Source: Mayamaea pseudoterrestris (lineage: Eukaryota). Taken from it: a stretch of 64,000 bases of DNA. Location of the stretch: the NCBI GenBank assembly GCA_027923505.1, contig BROI01000027.1, forward strand, positions 62,001 through 126,000. The letters run 5' to 3'. The position numbers and the translations under genes were made by a program. Positions 25,885 to 39,324 of the stretch are shown here, piece by piece. Every line of letters starts with the position of its first letter. The stretch's first letter is position 1. The notes under the pieces are model-generated. The model worked only from the letters and a program-made list of their open reading frames with translations. It was not told the origin of the DNA and did no database searches.

Positions 25885-26611
25885 TTGGATCATTACATAA
25901 ATCCCATCTGAAAGTTTGATGTGGTTGACCACTTGAAGGAACCTACTTGCTACAATCACGCACATCCACTGACTGATGTGCTTCCTTTTTGGACCATCTC
26001 AGCCTTTGACTTTGTCAAACAACTTATGCTGATTGCAATGGCATGCTCAGAATAATGCTAGCAAGGTTGAATTGTCACACTAAACCCAACTGAAAGTTTG
26101 CTGTGTTTGCCACATGGTAAAGCCTACTTGTCTCAGTCTCGGTTGCACTGCAGCCACTGACTGAACTGCTGCCGTTTTCAAAGATCCAAGCTTGGACCTC
26201 GTCAAGTACCGTCTGCAGATTGCAGTTGCAAGTTCGGATTCATGGTGACAAGTTTGGATCATTTCATAAATCCCATCTGAAAGTTTGATGTGGTTGACCA
26301 CTTGAAGGAACCTACTTGCTACAATCACGCACATCCACTGACTGATGTGCTTCCATTTTGGACCATCTCAGCCTTTGACTTTGTCAAACAACTTTTTCTG
26401 ATTGCAATGGCATGCTCAGAATAATGCTAGCAAGGTTGGATTATCACACTAAACTCAACTGAAAGTTTGATGTGTTTGCCACATGGTAAAGCCTACTTGT
26501 CTCAGTCTCGGTTGCACCACAGCCACTGACTGAACTGCTGCCGTTTTCAAAGATCCAAGCCTTGGACCTTGTCAAGTATCAACTGCAGATTGCAGTTGCA
26601 GGTTTGGATTC
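25885..26611 (+). repeat. Satellite family E, 369-bp unit (dimer of diverged ~185-bp halves), 2 copies
   Basis: tcccatctgaaagtttg occurs at 25902 and 26271. The halves share aatcccatctgaaagtttgatgtggttgaccac and aaacccaactgaaagtttgctgtgtttgccac. Confidence 0.9.
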
Positions 26612-29600
26612 ACCTGCTAAGCCATCCAACCCCTTTCCACTAATGTTTGTTGATATTTTGGTCCAATGCTGGGGTGACTATCACCCCAATATCCACCAGC
26701 CTGGCTGCCATGGTGAGACTCAGCAGATCCAATAACTTGTTGGATCTGCCAGCGGTGCACCTCAGCTGGTACACAGACAGCCAGGATGGCCTGCAGACCC
26801 AAGAATATCAAAACCAAAATACATATGATACAATTGGACCAATAGTCATATCAATTGTGGTGTGGAACGCAGCATTGTGCCATGAGGCTGCGCACATTCA
26901 ACAAGTTGTTGAATGTGCTAGCAGTGAACCATGCTTTAACTACAGGATCATCAATCTTGCCTGCTAAGCCATCCAACTTGTTTCCTATGATGTTGGTTGA
27001 TATTTTGGTCCAATGCTGGGGTAACTATCACCCCAATATCCACCAGCCTGGCTGCCATGGTGAGACTCAGCAGATCCAATAAGTTGTTGGATCTGCCAGT
27101 GGTGCACCTCAGCTGGTACACAGACAGCCAGAATGGCCTGCAGACCCAAGAATATCATAACCAAAATACATATGATACAATTGGACCAATAGGCATGTCA
27201 ATTGTGGTGTGGAACGCAGCATTGTGCCATGAGACTGCGCACATTCAACAAGTTGTTGAATGTGCTAGCAGTGCACCCATTTTGGCTTTAGGATCATCAG
27301 CCTTGCCTGCTAAGCCATCCAACCCCTTTCCATTATTGTTTGTTGACATTTTGAGCCAATGCTGGGGTGACTATCACCCCAATATCCACCAGCCTGGCTG
27401 CCATGGTGAGACTCAGCAGATCCAATAAGTTGTTGGATCTGCCAGTGGTGCACCTCAGCTGGTACACAGACAGCCAGAATGGCCTGCAGACCAAAGAATA
27501 TCAAAACCAAAATACATATGATACAATTGGACCAATAGTCATGTCAATTGTGGTGTGGAACGCAGCATTGTGCCATGAGACTGCGCACATTCAACAAGTT
27601 GTTGAATGTGCTAGCAGTGAACCATGCTTTAACTACAGGATCATCAATCTTGCCTGCTAAGCCATCCAACCTGTTTCCTATGATGTTGGTTGATATTTTG
27701 ATCCAATGCTGGGGTGACTATCACCCCAATATCCACCAGCCTGGCTGCCATGGTGAGACTCAGCAGATCCAATAAGTTGTTGGATCTGCCAGTGGTGCAC
27801 CTCAGCTGGTACACAGACAGCCAGAATGGCCTGCAGACCCAAGCATATCATAACCAAAATACATATGATACAATTGGACCAATAGGCATGTCAATTGTGG
27901 TGTGGAACGCAGCATTGTGCCATGAGACTGCGCACATTCAACAAGTTGTTGAATGTGCTAGCAGTGCACCCTTTTTGGCTTTAGGATCATCAGCCTTGCC
28001 CGCTAAGCCATCCAACCCCTTTCCATTAATGTTTGTTGACATTTTGAGCCAATGCTGGGGTGACTATCACCCCAATATCCACCAGCCTGGCTGCCATGGT
28101 GAGACTCGGCAGATCCAATAAGTTGTTGGATCTGCCAGTGGTGCACCTCAGCTGGTACACAGACAGCCAGGATGGCCTGCAGACCAAAGAATATCAAAAC
28201 CAAAATACATATGATACAATTGGACCAATAGTCATGTCAATTGTGGTGTGGAACGCAGCATTGTGCCATGAGACTGCGCACATTCAACAAGTTGTTGAAT
28301 GTGCTAGCAGTGCACCATGCTTTAACTACAGGATCATCAGTCTTGCCTGCTAAGCCATCTAACCCCTTTCCACTAATGTTGGTTAATATTTTGATCCAAT
28401 GCTGGGGTGACTAACACCCCAATATCCACCAGCCTGTCTGCCATGGTGGGACTGAGCACCTCCAACAACTTGTTGGATATGCCAGTGGTGCACCTCAGGT
28501 GGCAACCAGACTGCCAGAATGGCCTGCAGACCCAAGAATATCATAACCAAAATACATATGATACAATTGGACCAATAGTCATGTCAATTTTGGTGTGGAA
28601 CGCAGCATTGTGCCATGAGACTGCGCACATTCAACAAGTTGTTGAATGTGCTAGCAGTGCACCCTTTTTGGCTATAGGATCATCAGCCTTGCCTGCTAAG
28701 CCATCCAACCCCTTTCCACTAATGTTTGTTGACATTTTGATCCAATGCTGGGGTGACTATCACCCCAATATCCACCAGCCTGGCTGCCATGGTGAGACTC
28801 GGCAGATCCAATAAGTTGTTGGATCTGCCAGTGGTGCACCTCAGCTGGTACACAGACAGCCAGGATGGCCTGCAGACCAAAGAATATCAAAACCAAAATA
28901 CATATGATACAATTGGACCAATAGTCATGTCAATTTTGGTGTGGAACGCAGCATTGTGCCATGAGACTGCGCACATTCAACAAGTCGTTGAATGTGCTAG
29001 CAGTGAGCCATGCTTTAACTACGGGATCATCAGCCTTACCTGCTAAGCCATTCAACCTGTTTCCTATGATGTTTGTTGACATTTTGAGCCAATGCTGGGG
29101 TGACTATCACCCCAATATCCACCAGCCTGGCTGCCATGGTGAGACTTGGCAGATCAAATAAGTTGTTGGATCTGCCAGCGGTGCACCTCAGCTGGTACAC
29201 AGACTGCCAGGATGGCAACCAAAGAATATCATAACCAAAATACATATGATACAATTGGACCAATAGTCATGTCAATTTTGGTGTGGAACGCAGCATTGTG
29301 CCATGAGACTGCGCACATTCAACAACTTGTTGAATGTGCTAGCAGTGCATCCTTTTTGGCTATAGGATCATCAGCCTTGCCTGCTAAGCCTTCCAACCCC
29401 TTTCCACTAATGTTTGTTGACATTTTGAGCCAATGCTGGGGTGACTATCACCCCAATATCCACCAGCCTGGCTGCCATGGTGAGACTCGGCAGATCCAAT
29501 AAGTTGTTGGATCTGCCAGTGGTGCACCTCAGCTGGTACACAGACAGCCAGAATGGCCTGCAGACCAAAGAATATCATAACCAAAATACATATGATACAA

Positions 29601-32600
29601 TTGGACCAATAGTCATGTCAATTTTGGTGTGGAACGCAGCATTGTGCCATGAGACTGCGCACATTCAACAAGTTGTTGAATGTGCTAGCAGTGCACCCTT
29701 TTTGGCTATAGGATCATCAGCCTTGCCTGCTAAGCCATCCAACCCCTTTCCACTAATGTTTGTTGACATTTTGAGCCAATGCTGGGGTGACTATCACCCC
29801 AATATCCACCAGCCTGGCTGCCATGGTGAGACTCAGCAGATCCAATAAGTTGTTGGATCTGCCAGTGGTGCACCTCAGCTGGTACACAGACAGCCAGAAT
29901 GGCCTGCAGACCAAAGAATATTAAAACCAAAATACATATGATACAATTGGACCAATAGTCATGTCAATTTTGGTGTGGAACGCAGCATTGTGCCATGAGA
30001 CTGCGCACATTCAACAAGTTGTTGAATGTGCTAGCAGTGCACCCTTTTTGGCTTTAGGATCATCAGCCTTGCCTGCTAAGCCATCCAACCCCTTTCCACT
30101 AACCTGCTAAGCCATCCAACCCCTTTCCACTAATGTTTGTTGATATTTTGGTCCAATGCTGGGGTGACTATCACCCCAATATCCACCAGCCTGGCTGCCA
30201 TGGTGAGACTCAGCAGATCCAATAACTTGTTGGATCTGCCAGCGGTGCACCTCAGCTGGTACACAGACAGCCAGGATGGCCTGCAGACCCAAGAATATCA
30301 AAACCAAAATACATATGATACAATTGGACCAATAGTCATATCAATTGTGGTGTGGAACGCAGCATTGTGCCATGAGGCTGCGCACATTCAACAAGTTGTT
30401 GAATGTGCTAGCAGTGAACCATGCTTTAACTACAGGATCATCAATCTTGCCTGCTAAGCCATCCAACTTGTTTCCTATGATGTTGGTTGATATTTTGGTC
30501 CAATGCTGGGGTAACTATCACCCCAATATCCACCAGCCTGGCTGCCATGGTGAGACTCAGCAGATCCAATAAGTTGTTGGATCTGCCAGTGGTGCACCTC
30601 AGCTGGTACACAGACAGCCAGAATGGCCTGCAGACCCAAGAATATCATAACCAAAATACATATGATACAATTGGACCAATAGGCATGTCAATTGTGGTGT
30701 GGAACGCAGCATTGTGCCATGAGACTGCGCACATTCAACAAGTTGTTGAATGTGCTAGCAGTGCACCCATTTTGGCTTTAGGATCATCAGCCTTGCCTGC
30801 TAAGCCATCCAACCCCTTTCCATTATTGTTTGTTGACATTTTGAGCCAATGCTGGGGTGACTATCACCCCAATATCCACCAGCCTGGCTGCCATGGTGAG
30901 ACTCAGCAGATCCAATAAGTTGTTGGATCTGCCAGTGGTGCACCTCAGCTGGTACACAGACAGCCAGAATGGCCTGCAGACCAAAGAATATCAAAACCAA
31001 AATACATATGATACAATTGGACCAATAGTCATGTCAATTGTGGTGTGGAACGCAGCATTGTGCCATGAGACTGCGCACATTCAACAAGTTGTTGAATGTG
31101 CTAGCAGTGAACCATGCTTTAACTACAGGATCATCAATCTTGCCTGCTAAGCCATCCAACCTGTTTCCTATGATGTTGGTTGATATTTTGATCCAATGCT
31201 GGGGTGACTATCACCCCAATATCCACCAGCCTGGCTGCCATGGTGAGACTCAGCAGATCCAATAAGTTGTTGGATCTGCCAGTGGTGCACCTCAGCTGGT
31301 ACACAGACAGCCAGAATGGCCTGCAGACCCAAGCATATCATAACCAAAATACATATGATACAATTGGACCAATAGGCATGTCAATTGTGGTGTGGAACGC
31401 AGCATTGTGCCATGAGACTGCGCACATTCAACAAGTTGTTGAATGTGCTAGCAGTGCACCCTTTTTGGCTTTAGGATCATCAGCCTTGCCCGCTAAGCCA
31501 TCCAACCCCTTTCCATTAATGTTTGTTGACATTTTGAGCCAATGCTGGGGTGACTATCACCCCAATATCCACCAGCCTGGCTGCCATGGTGAGACTCGGC
31601 AGATCCAATAAGTTGTTGGATCTGCCAGTGGTGCACCTCAGCTGGTACACAGACAGCCAGGATGGCCTGCAGACCAAAGAATATCAAAACCAAAATACAT
31701 ATGATACAATTGGACCAATAGTCATGTCAATTGTGGTGTGGAACGCAGCATTGTGCCATGAGACTGCGCACATTCAACAAGTTGTTGAATGTGCTAGCAG
31801 TGCACCATGCTTTAACTACAGGATCATCAGTCTTGCCTGCTAAGCCATCTAACCCCTTTCCACTAATGTTGGTTAATATTTTGATCCAATGCTGGGGTGA
31901 CTAACACCCCAATATCCACCAGCCTGTCTGCCATGGTGGGACTGAGCACCTCCAACAACTTGTTGGATATGCCAGTGGTGCACCTCAGGTGGCAACCAGA
32001 CTGCCAGAATGGCCTGCAGACCCAAGAATATCATAACCAAAATACATATGATACAATTGGACCAATAGTCATGTCAATTTTGGTGTGGAACGCAGCATTG
32101 TGCCATGAGACTGCGCACATTCAACAAGTTGTTGAATGTGCTAGCAGTGCACCCTTTTTGGCTATAGGATCATCAGCCTTGCCTGCTAAGCCATCCAACC
32201 CCTTTCCACTAATGTTTGTTGACATTTTGATCCAATGCTGGGGTGACTATCACCCCAATATCCACCAGCCTGGCTGCCATGGTGAGACTCGGCAGATCCA
32301 ATAAGTTGTTGGATCTGCCAGTGGTGCACCTCAGCTGGTACACAGACAGCCAGGATGGCCTGCAGACCAAAGAATATCAAAACCAAAATACATATGATAC
32401 AATTGGACCAATAGTCATGTCAATTTTGGTGTGGAACGCAGCATTGTGCCATGAGACTGCGCACATTCAACAAGTCGTTGAATGTGCTAGCAGTGAGCCA
32501 TGCTTTAACTACGGGATCATCAGCCTTACCTGCTAAGCCATTCAACCTGTTTCCTATGATGTTTGTTGACATTTTGAGCCAATGCTGGGGTGACTATCAC

Positions 32601-33591
32601 CCCAATATCCACCAGCCTGGCTGCCATGGTGAGACTTGGCAGATCAAATAAGTTGTTGGATCTGCCAGCGGTGCACCTCAGCTGGTACACAGACTGCCAG
32701 GATGGCAACCAAAGAATATCATAACCAAAATACATATGATACAATTGGACCAATAGTCATGTCAATTTTGGTGTGGAACGCAGCATTGTGCCATGAGACT
32801 GCGCACATTCAACAACTTGTTGAATGTGCTAGCAGTGCATCCTTTTTGGCTATAGGATCATCAGCCTTGCCTGCTAAGCCTTCCAACCCCTTTCCACTAA
32901 TGTTTGTTGACATTTTGAGCCAATGCTGGGGTGACTATCACCCCAATATCCACCAGCCTGGCTGCCATGGTGAGACTCGGCAGATCCAATAAGTTGTTGG
33001 ATCTGCCAGTGGTGCACCTCAGCTGGTACACAGACAGCCAGAATGGCCTGCAGACCAAAGAATATCATAACCAAAATACATATGATACAATTGGACCAAT
33101 AGTCATGTCAATTTTGGTGTGGAACGCAGCATTGTGCCATGAGACTGCGCACATTCAACAAGTTGTTGAATGTGCTAGCAGTGCACCCTTTTTGGCTATA
33201 GGATCATCAGCCTTGCCTGCTAAGCCATCCAACCCCTTTCCACTAATGTTTGTTGACATTTTGAGCCAATGCTGGGGTGACTATCACCCCAATATCCACC
33301 AGCCTGGCTGCCATGGTGAGACTCAGCAGATCCAATAAGTTGTTGGATCTGCCAGTGGTGCACCTCAGCTGGTACACAGACAGCCAGAATGGCCTGCAGA
33401 CCAAAGAATATTAAAACCAAAATACATATGATACAATTGGACCAATAGTCATGTCAATTTTGGTGTGGAACACAGCATTGTGCCATGAGACTGCGCACAT
33501 TCAACAAGTTGTTGAATGTGCTAGCAGTGCACCCTTTTTGGCTTTAGGATCATCAGCCTTGCCTGCTAAGCCATCCAACCCCTTTCCACTA
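26612..33591 (+). repeat. Near-perfect 3490-bp tandem duplication inside array F (26612-30101 vs 30102-33591)
   Basis: All ORF-track entries and rare variants recur at +3490. I noticed one difference: cgcagc at 29981 vs cacagc at 33471. Confidence 0.9.
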
Positions 33592-36500
33592 ATGTTTGTT
33601 GACATTATGAGCCAATGCTGGGGTGACTATCACCCCAATATCCACCAGCCTGGCTGCCATGGTGAGACTCAGCAGATCCAATAAGTTGTTGGATCTGCCA
33701 GTAGTGCACCTCCGCTGGTACACAGACTGCCAGAATGGCCTGCAGACCCAAGAATAACCAAAACCAAAATACATTTGGACCAATAGTCATGTCAATTGTG
33801 GTGTGGAACGCAGCATTGTGCCATGAGACTGCGCACATTCAACAAGTTGTTGAATGTGCTAGCAGTGCACCCTTTTGGCTATAGGATCATCAGCCTTGCC
33901 TGCTAAGCCATCCAAGCCCTTTCCAGGCATGCTGGGGTGACTATCACCCCAATATCTACCAGCCTGGCTGCCATGGTGAGACTCAGCAGATCCAATAAGT
34001 TGTTGGATCTGCCAGTGCTGCACCTCAGCTGGTACACAGACAGCCAGAATGGCCTGCAGACCCAAGAATATCATAACCAAAATACATATGATACAATTGG
34101 ACCAATAGTCATGTCAATTTTGGTGTGGAACGCAGCATTGTGCCATGAGACTGCGCACATTCAACAAGTTGTTGAATGTGCTAGCAGTGCACCCTTTTTG
34201 GCTATAGGATCATCAGCCTTGCCTGCTAAGCCATCCAACCCCTTTCCACTAATGTTGGTTGATATTTTGGTCCAATGCTGGGGTGACTATCACACCAATA
34301 TCCACCAGCCTGGCTGCCATGGTGAGCCTCAGCAGATCCAATAAGTTGTTGGATCTGCCAGTGGTGCACCTCAGCTGGTACACAGACAGCCAGAATGGCC
34401 TGCAGACCCAAGAATATCAAAACCAAAATACATATGATACAATTGGACCAATAGTCATGTCAATTTTGGTGTGGAACGCAGCATTGTGCCATGAGACTCT
34501 GCACATTCAACAAGTTGTTGAATGTGCTAGCAGTGCACCCTTTTTGGCTATAGGATCATCAGCCTTGCCTGCTAAGCCATCCAACCCCTTTCCACTTAAT
34601 GTTGTTGACATGATGGTGACTATCACCCCAATATCCACCAGCCTGGCTGCCATGGTGAGACTCAGCAGATCCAATAAGTTGTTGGATCTGCCAGTGGTGC
34701 ACCTCAGCTGGTACACAGACAGCCAGAATGGCCTGCAGACCCAAGAATATCATAACCAAAATACATATGATACAATTGGACCAATAGTCATGTCAATTTT
34801 GGTGTGGAACGCAGCATTGTGCCATGAGACTGCGCACATTCAACAAGTTGTTGAATGTGCTAGCAGTGCACCCTTTTTGGCTATAGGATCATCAGCCTTG
34901 CCTGCTAAGCCATCCAACCTGTTTCCTATGATGTTGGTTGATATTTTGATCCAATGCTGGGGTGACTATCACCCCAATATCCACCAGCCTGGCTGCCATG
35001 GTGAGACTCGGCAGATCCAATAAGTTGTTGGATCTGCCAGTGGTGCACCTCAGCTGGTACACAGACAGCCAGAATGGCCTGCAGACCCAAGAATATCATA
35101 ACCAAAATACATATGATACAATTGGACCAATAGTCATGTCAATTTTGGTGTGGAACGCAGCATTGTGCCATGAGACTGCGCACATTCAACAAGTTGTTGA
35201 ATGTGCTAGCAGTGCATCCTTTTTGGCTATAGGATCATCAGCCTTGCCTGCTAAGCCATCCAACCCCTTTCCATTAATGTTTGTTGACATTATGAGCCAT
35301 TGCTGGGGTGACTATCACCCCAATATCCACCAGCCTGGCTGCCATGGTGAGACTCAGCAGATCCAATAAGTTGTTGGATCTGCCAGTAGTGCACCTCCGC
35401 TGGTACACAGACAGCCAGAATGGCCTGCAGACCCAAGAATATCATAACCAAAATACACATGATACAATTGGACCAATAGTCATGTCAATTTTGGTGTGGA
35501 ACGCAGCATTGTGCCATGAGACTGCGCACATTCAACAAGTTGTTGAATGTGCTAGCAGTGCACCCTTTTTGGCTATAGGATCATCAGCCTTGCCTGCTAA
35601 GCCTTCCAACCCCTTTCCACTAATGTTTGTTGACATTTTGAGCCAATGCTGGGGTGACTATCACCCCAATATCTACCAGCCTGGCTGCCATGGTGAGACT
35701 CGGCAGATCCAATAAGTTTTTGGATCTGCCAGTGGTGCACCTCAGCTGGTACACAGACAGCCAGGATGGCCTGCAGACCAAAGAATATCAAAACCAAAAT
35801 ACATATGAAACAATTGGACCAATAGTCATGTCAATTTTGGTGTGGAACGCAGCATTGTGCCATGAGACTGCGCACATTCAACAAGTTGTTGAATGTGCTA
35901 GCAGTGCATCCTTTTTGGCTATAGGATCATCAGCCTTGCCTGCTAAGCCTTCCAACCCCTTTCCACTAATGTTTGTTGACATTTTGAGCCAATGCTGGGG
36001 TGACTATCACCCCAATATCTACCAGCCTGGCTGCCATGGTGAGACTCAGCAGATCCAATAAGTTGTTGGATCTGCCAGTGCTGCACCTCAGCTGGTACAC
36101 AGACAGCCAGAATGGCCTGCAGACCCAAGAATATCAAAACCAAAATACATTTGATACAATTGGACCAATAGTCATGTCAATTGTGGTGTGGAACGCAGCA
36201 TTGTGCCATGAGACTGCGCACATTCAACAAGTTGTTGAACGTGCTAGCAGTGAACCATGCTTTAACTACAGGATCATCAATCTTGCCTGCTAAGCCATCC
36301 AACCTGTTTCCTATGATGTTGGTTGATATTTTGATCCAATGCTGGGGTGACTATCACCCCAATATCCACCAGCCTGGCTGCCATGGTGAGACTCGGCAGA
36401 TCCAATAAGTTGTTGGATCTGCCAGTGGTGCACCTCAGCTGGTACACAGACAGCCAGAATGGCCTGCAGACCCAAGAATATCAAAACCAAAATACATATG

Positions 36501-38580
36501 ATACAATTGGACCAATAGTCATGTCAATTTTGGTGTGGAACGCAGCATTGTGCCATGAGACTGCGCACATTCAACAAGTTGTTGAATGTGCTAGCAGTGA
36601 GCCATGCTTTAACTACAGGATCATCAGCCTTGCCTGCTAAGCCATCCAACCCCTTTCCACTAATGTTTGTTGATATTTTCATCCAATGCTGGGGGTGACT
36701 ATCACCCCAATATCCACCAGCCTGGCTGCCATGTTGAGACTCGGCAGATCCAATAACTTGTTGGATCTGCCAGCGGTGCACCTCAGCTGGTACACAGACC
36801 GCCAGAATGGCCTGCAGACCAAAGAATATCATAACCAAAATACATATGATACAATTGGACCAATAGTCATGTCAATTGTGGTGTGAAACGCAGCATTGTG
36901 CCATGAGACTGCGCACATTCAACAAGTTGTTGAATGTGCTAGCAGTGCATCCTTTTTGGCTATAGGATCATCAGCCTTGCCTGCTAAGCCATCCCACCTG
37001 TCTCCTATGATGTTGGTTGATATTTTGATCCAATGCTGGGGTGACTATCACCCCAATATCCACCAGCCTGACTGCCATGGTGAGACTCAGCAGATCCAAT
37101 AAGTTGTTGGATCTGCCAGTGGTGCACCTCAGCTGGTACACAGACAGCCAGAATGGCCTGCAGACCAAAGAATATCAAAACCAAAATACATATGATACTA
37201 TTGGACCATAAGACATGTCAATTTTGGTGTGGAACGCAGCATTGTGCCATGAGACTCTGCACTTTCAACAAGTTGTTGAATGTGCTAGCAGTGAGCCATG
37301 CTTTAACTACAGGATCATCAGCCTTGCCTGCTAAGCCATCCAACCCCTTTCCACTAATGTTTGTTGATATTTTGATCCAATGCTGGGGGTGACTATCACC
37401 CCAATATCCACCAGCCTGGCTGCCATGGTGAGACTCGGCAGATCCAATAACTTGTTGGATCTGCCAGTGGTGCACCTCAGCTGGTACACAGACAGCCAGA
37501 ATGGCCTGCAGACCAAAGAATTTAAAAACCAAAATAGATTTGATACAATTGGACCAATAGTCATGTCAATTGTGGTGTGGAACGCAGCATTGTGCCATGA
37601 GACTGCGCACATTCAACAAGTTGTTGAATGTGCTAGCAGTGCACCCTTTTTGGCTATAGGATCATCAGCCTTGCCTGCTAAGCCTTCCAATCCCTTTCCA
37701 CTAATGTTTGTTGACATTTTGAGCCAATGCTGGGGTGACTATCACCCCAATATCCACCAGCCTGGCTGCCATGGTGAAACTTGGCAGATCAAATAACTTG
37801 TTGGATCTGCCAGTGGTGCACCTCAGCTGGTACACAGACCACCAGGATGGCCTGCAGACCCAAGAATATCATAACCAAAATAGATTTGATACAATTGGAC
37901 CAATAGTCATGTCAATTGTGGTGTGGAACGCAGCATTGTGCCATGAAACTGCGCACATTCAACAAGTTGTTGAATGTGCTAGCAGTGCACCCTTTTTGGC
38001 TATAGGATCATCAGCCTTGCCTGCTAAGCCTTCCAATCCCTTTCCACTAATGTTTGTTGACATTTTGAGACAATGCTGGGGTGACTATCACCCCAATATC
38101 CACCAGCCTGGCTGCCGTGGTGAGACTCGGCAGATCCAATAAGTTGTTGGATCTGCCAGTGGTGCACCTCAGCTGGTACACAGACTGCCAGAATGGCCTG
38201 CAGACCCAAGAATATCATAACCAAATTACACATGATACAATTGGACCAATAGTCATGTCAATTTTGGTGTGGAACGCAGCATTGTGCCATGAGACTGCGC
38301 ACATTCAACAAGTTGTTGAATGTGTTAGCAGTGCACCCTTTTTGGCTATAGGATCATCAGCCTTGCCTGCTAAGCCATCCAACCTGTTTCCTATGATGTT
38401 GGTTGATATTTTGATCCAATGCTGGGGTGACTATCACCCCAATATCCACCAGCCTGGCTGCCATGGTGAGCTCGGGTCATAAGTTGTTGGATCTGCCAGT
38501 GCACCTCAGCGGTACACGAGAGATGGCCTGCACCGACAAAACCAAAATACATATGATACAATTGGACCAATAGTCATGTA
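26612..38580 (+). repeat. Satellite family F, 346/347-bp unit (dimer of 169+177-bp halves), ~34-35 copies
   Basis: The unit recurs every 346-347 bp. The halves share aagttgttg(g/a)at(c/g)tgc..gtgcacc, with dyad centres at 27083, 27252 and 27429. Confidence 0.99.
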
Positions 38581-38581
38581 A

Positions 38582-39322
38582 ATGGTGACAAGGTTGGATC
38601 ATTTCATTAATCCCATCTGATAGTTTGATGTGGTTGACCACTTGGAGGAACCTACTTGCTACAATCATGCACATCCACTGACTGATGTGCTTCCTTTTTG
38701 GACCATCTCAGCCTTTGACTTTGTCAAACAACTTACGCTGATTGCAATGGCATGCTCAGAATAATGCTAGCAAGGTTGGATTGTCACATTAAACCCAACT
38801 GAAAGTTTGCTGTGTTTGCCACATGGTAAAGCCTACTTGTCTCAGTCTCGGTTGCACCGCAGCCACTGACTGAACTGCTGCCGTTTTCAAAGATCCAAGC
38901 CTTGGACCTTGTCAAGTACCATCTGCAGATTGCAGTTGCAGGTTTGGATTCATGGTGACAAGGTTGGTTCATTACATAAATCTTATCTGAAATATTGATG
39001 TGGTTGACCACTTGGAGGAATCTACTTGCTACAATCATGCACATCCACTGACTGATGTGCTTCCTTTTTGGACCATCTCAGCCTTTGACTTTGTCAAACA
39101 ACTTATGCTGATTGCAATGGCATGCTCAGAATAATGCTAGCAAGGTTATATTATCACACTAAACCCAACTGAAAGATTGCTGTGTCTGCCACATGGTAAA
39201 CCCTACTTGTCTCAGTCTCAGTTGCACAGCAGCCATTGACTGAATTGCTGCTGTTTTTAGAGATCCAAGCCTTGGACCTTGTCAAGCACCGTCTGCAAAT
39301 TACAGTTGCAGGTTTGGATTCA
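38582..39322 (+). repeat. Satellite family E, 2 further copies, same orientation as 25885-26611
   Basis: Near-identical to the E units on the left of array F. Confidence 0.92.
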
Positions 39323-39324
39323 TA

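Noticed and set aside
11388..38580. 5S rRNA, snRNA or tRNA tandem gene arrays
   Set aside because: I recognised no 5S, tRNA or snRNA sequence in the monomers. An Rfam/Infernal scan would be the decisive test.
26617..38674. Repeated 66-254-aa ORFs in array F
   Set aside because: The 346/347-bp period and frame-shifting variants show no coding constraint, and no domain is recognisable.
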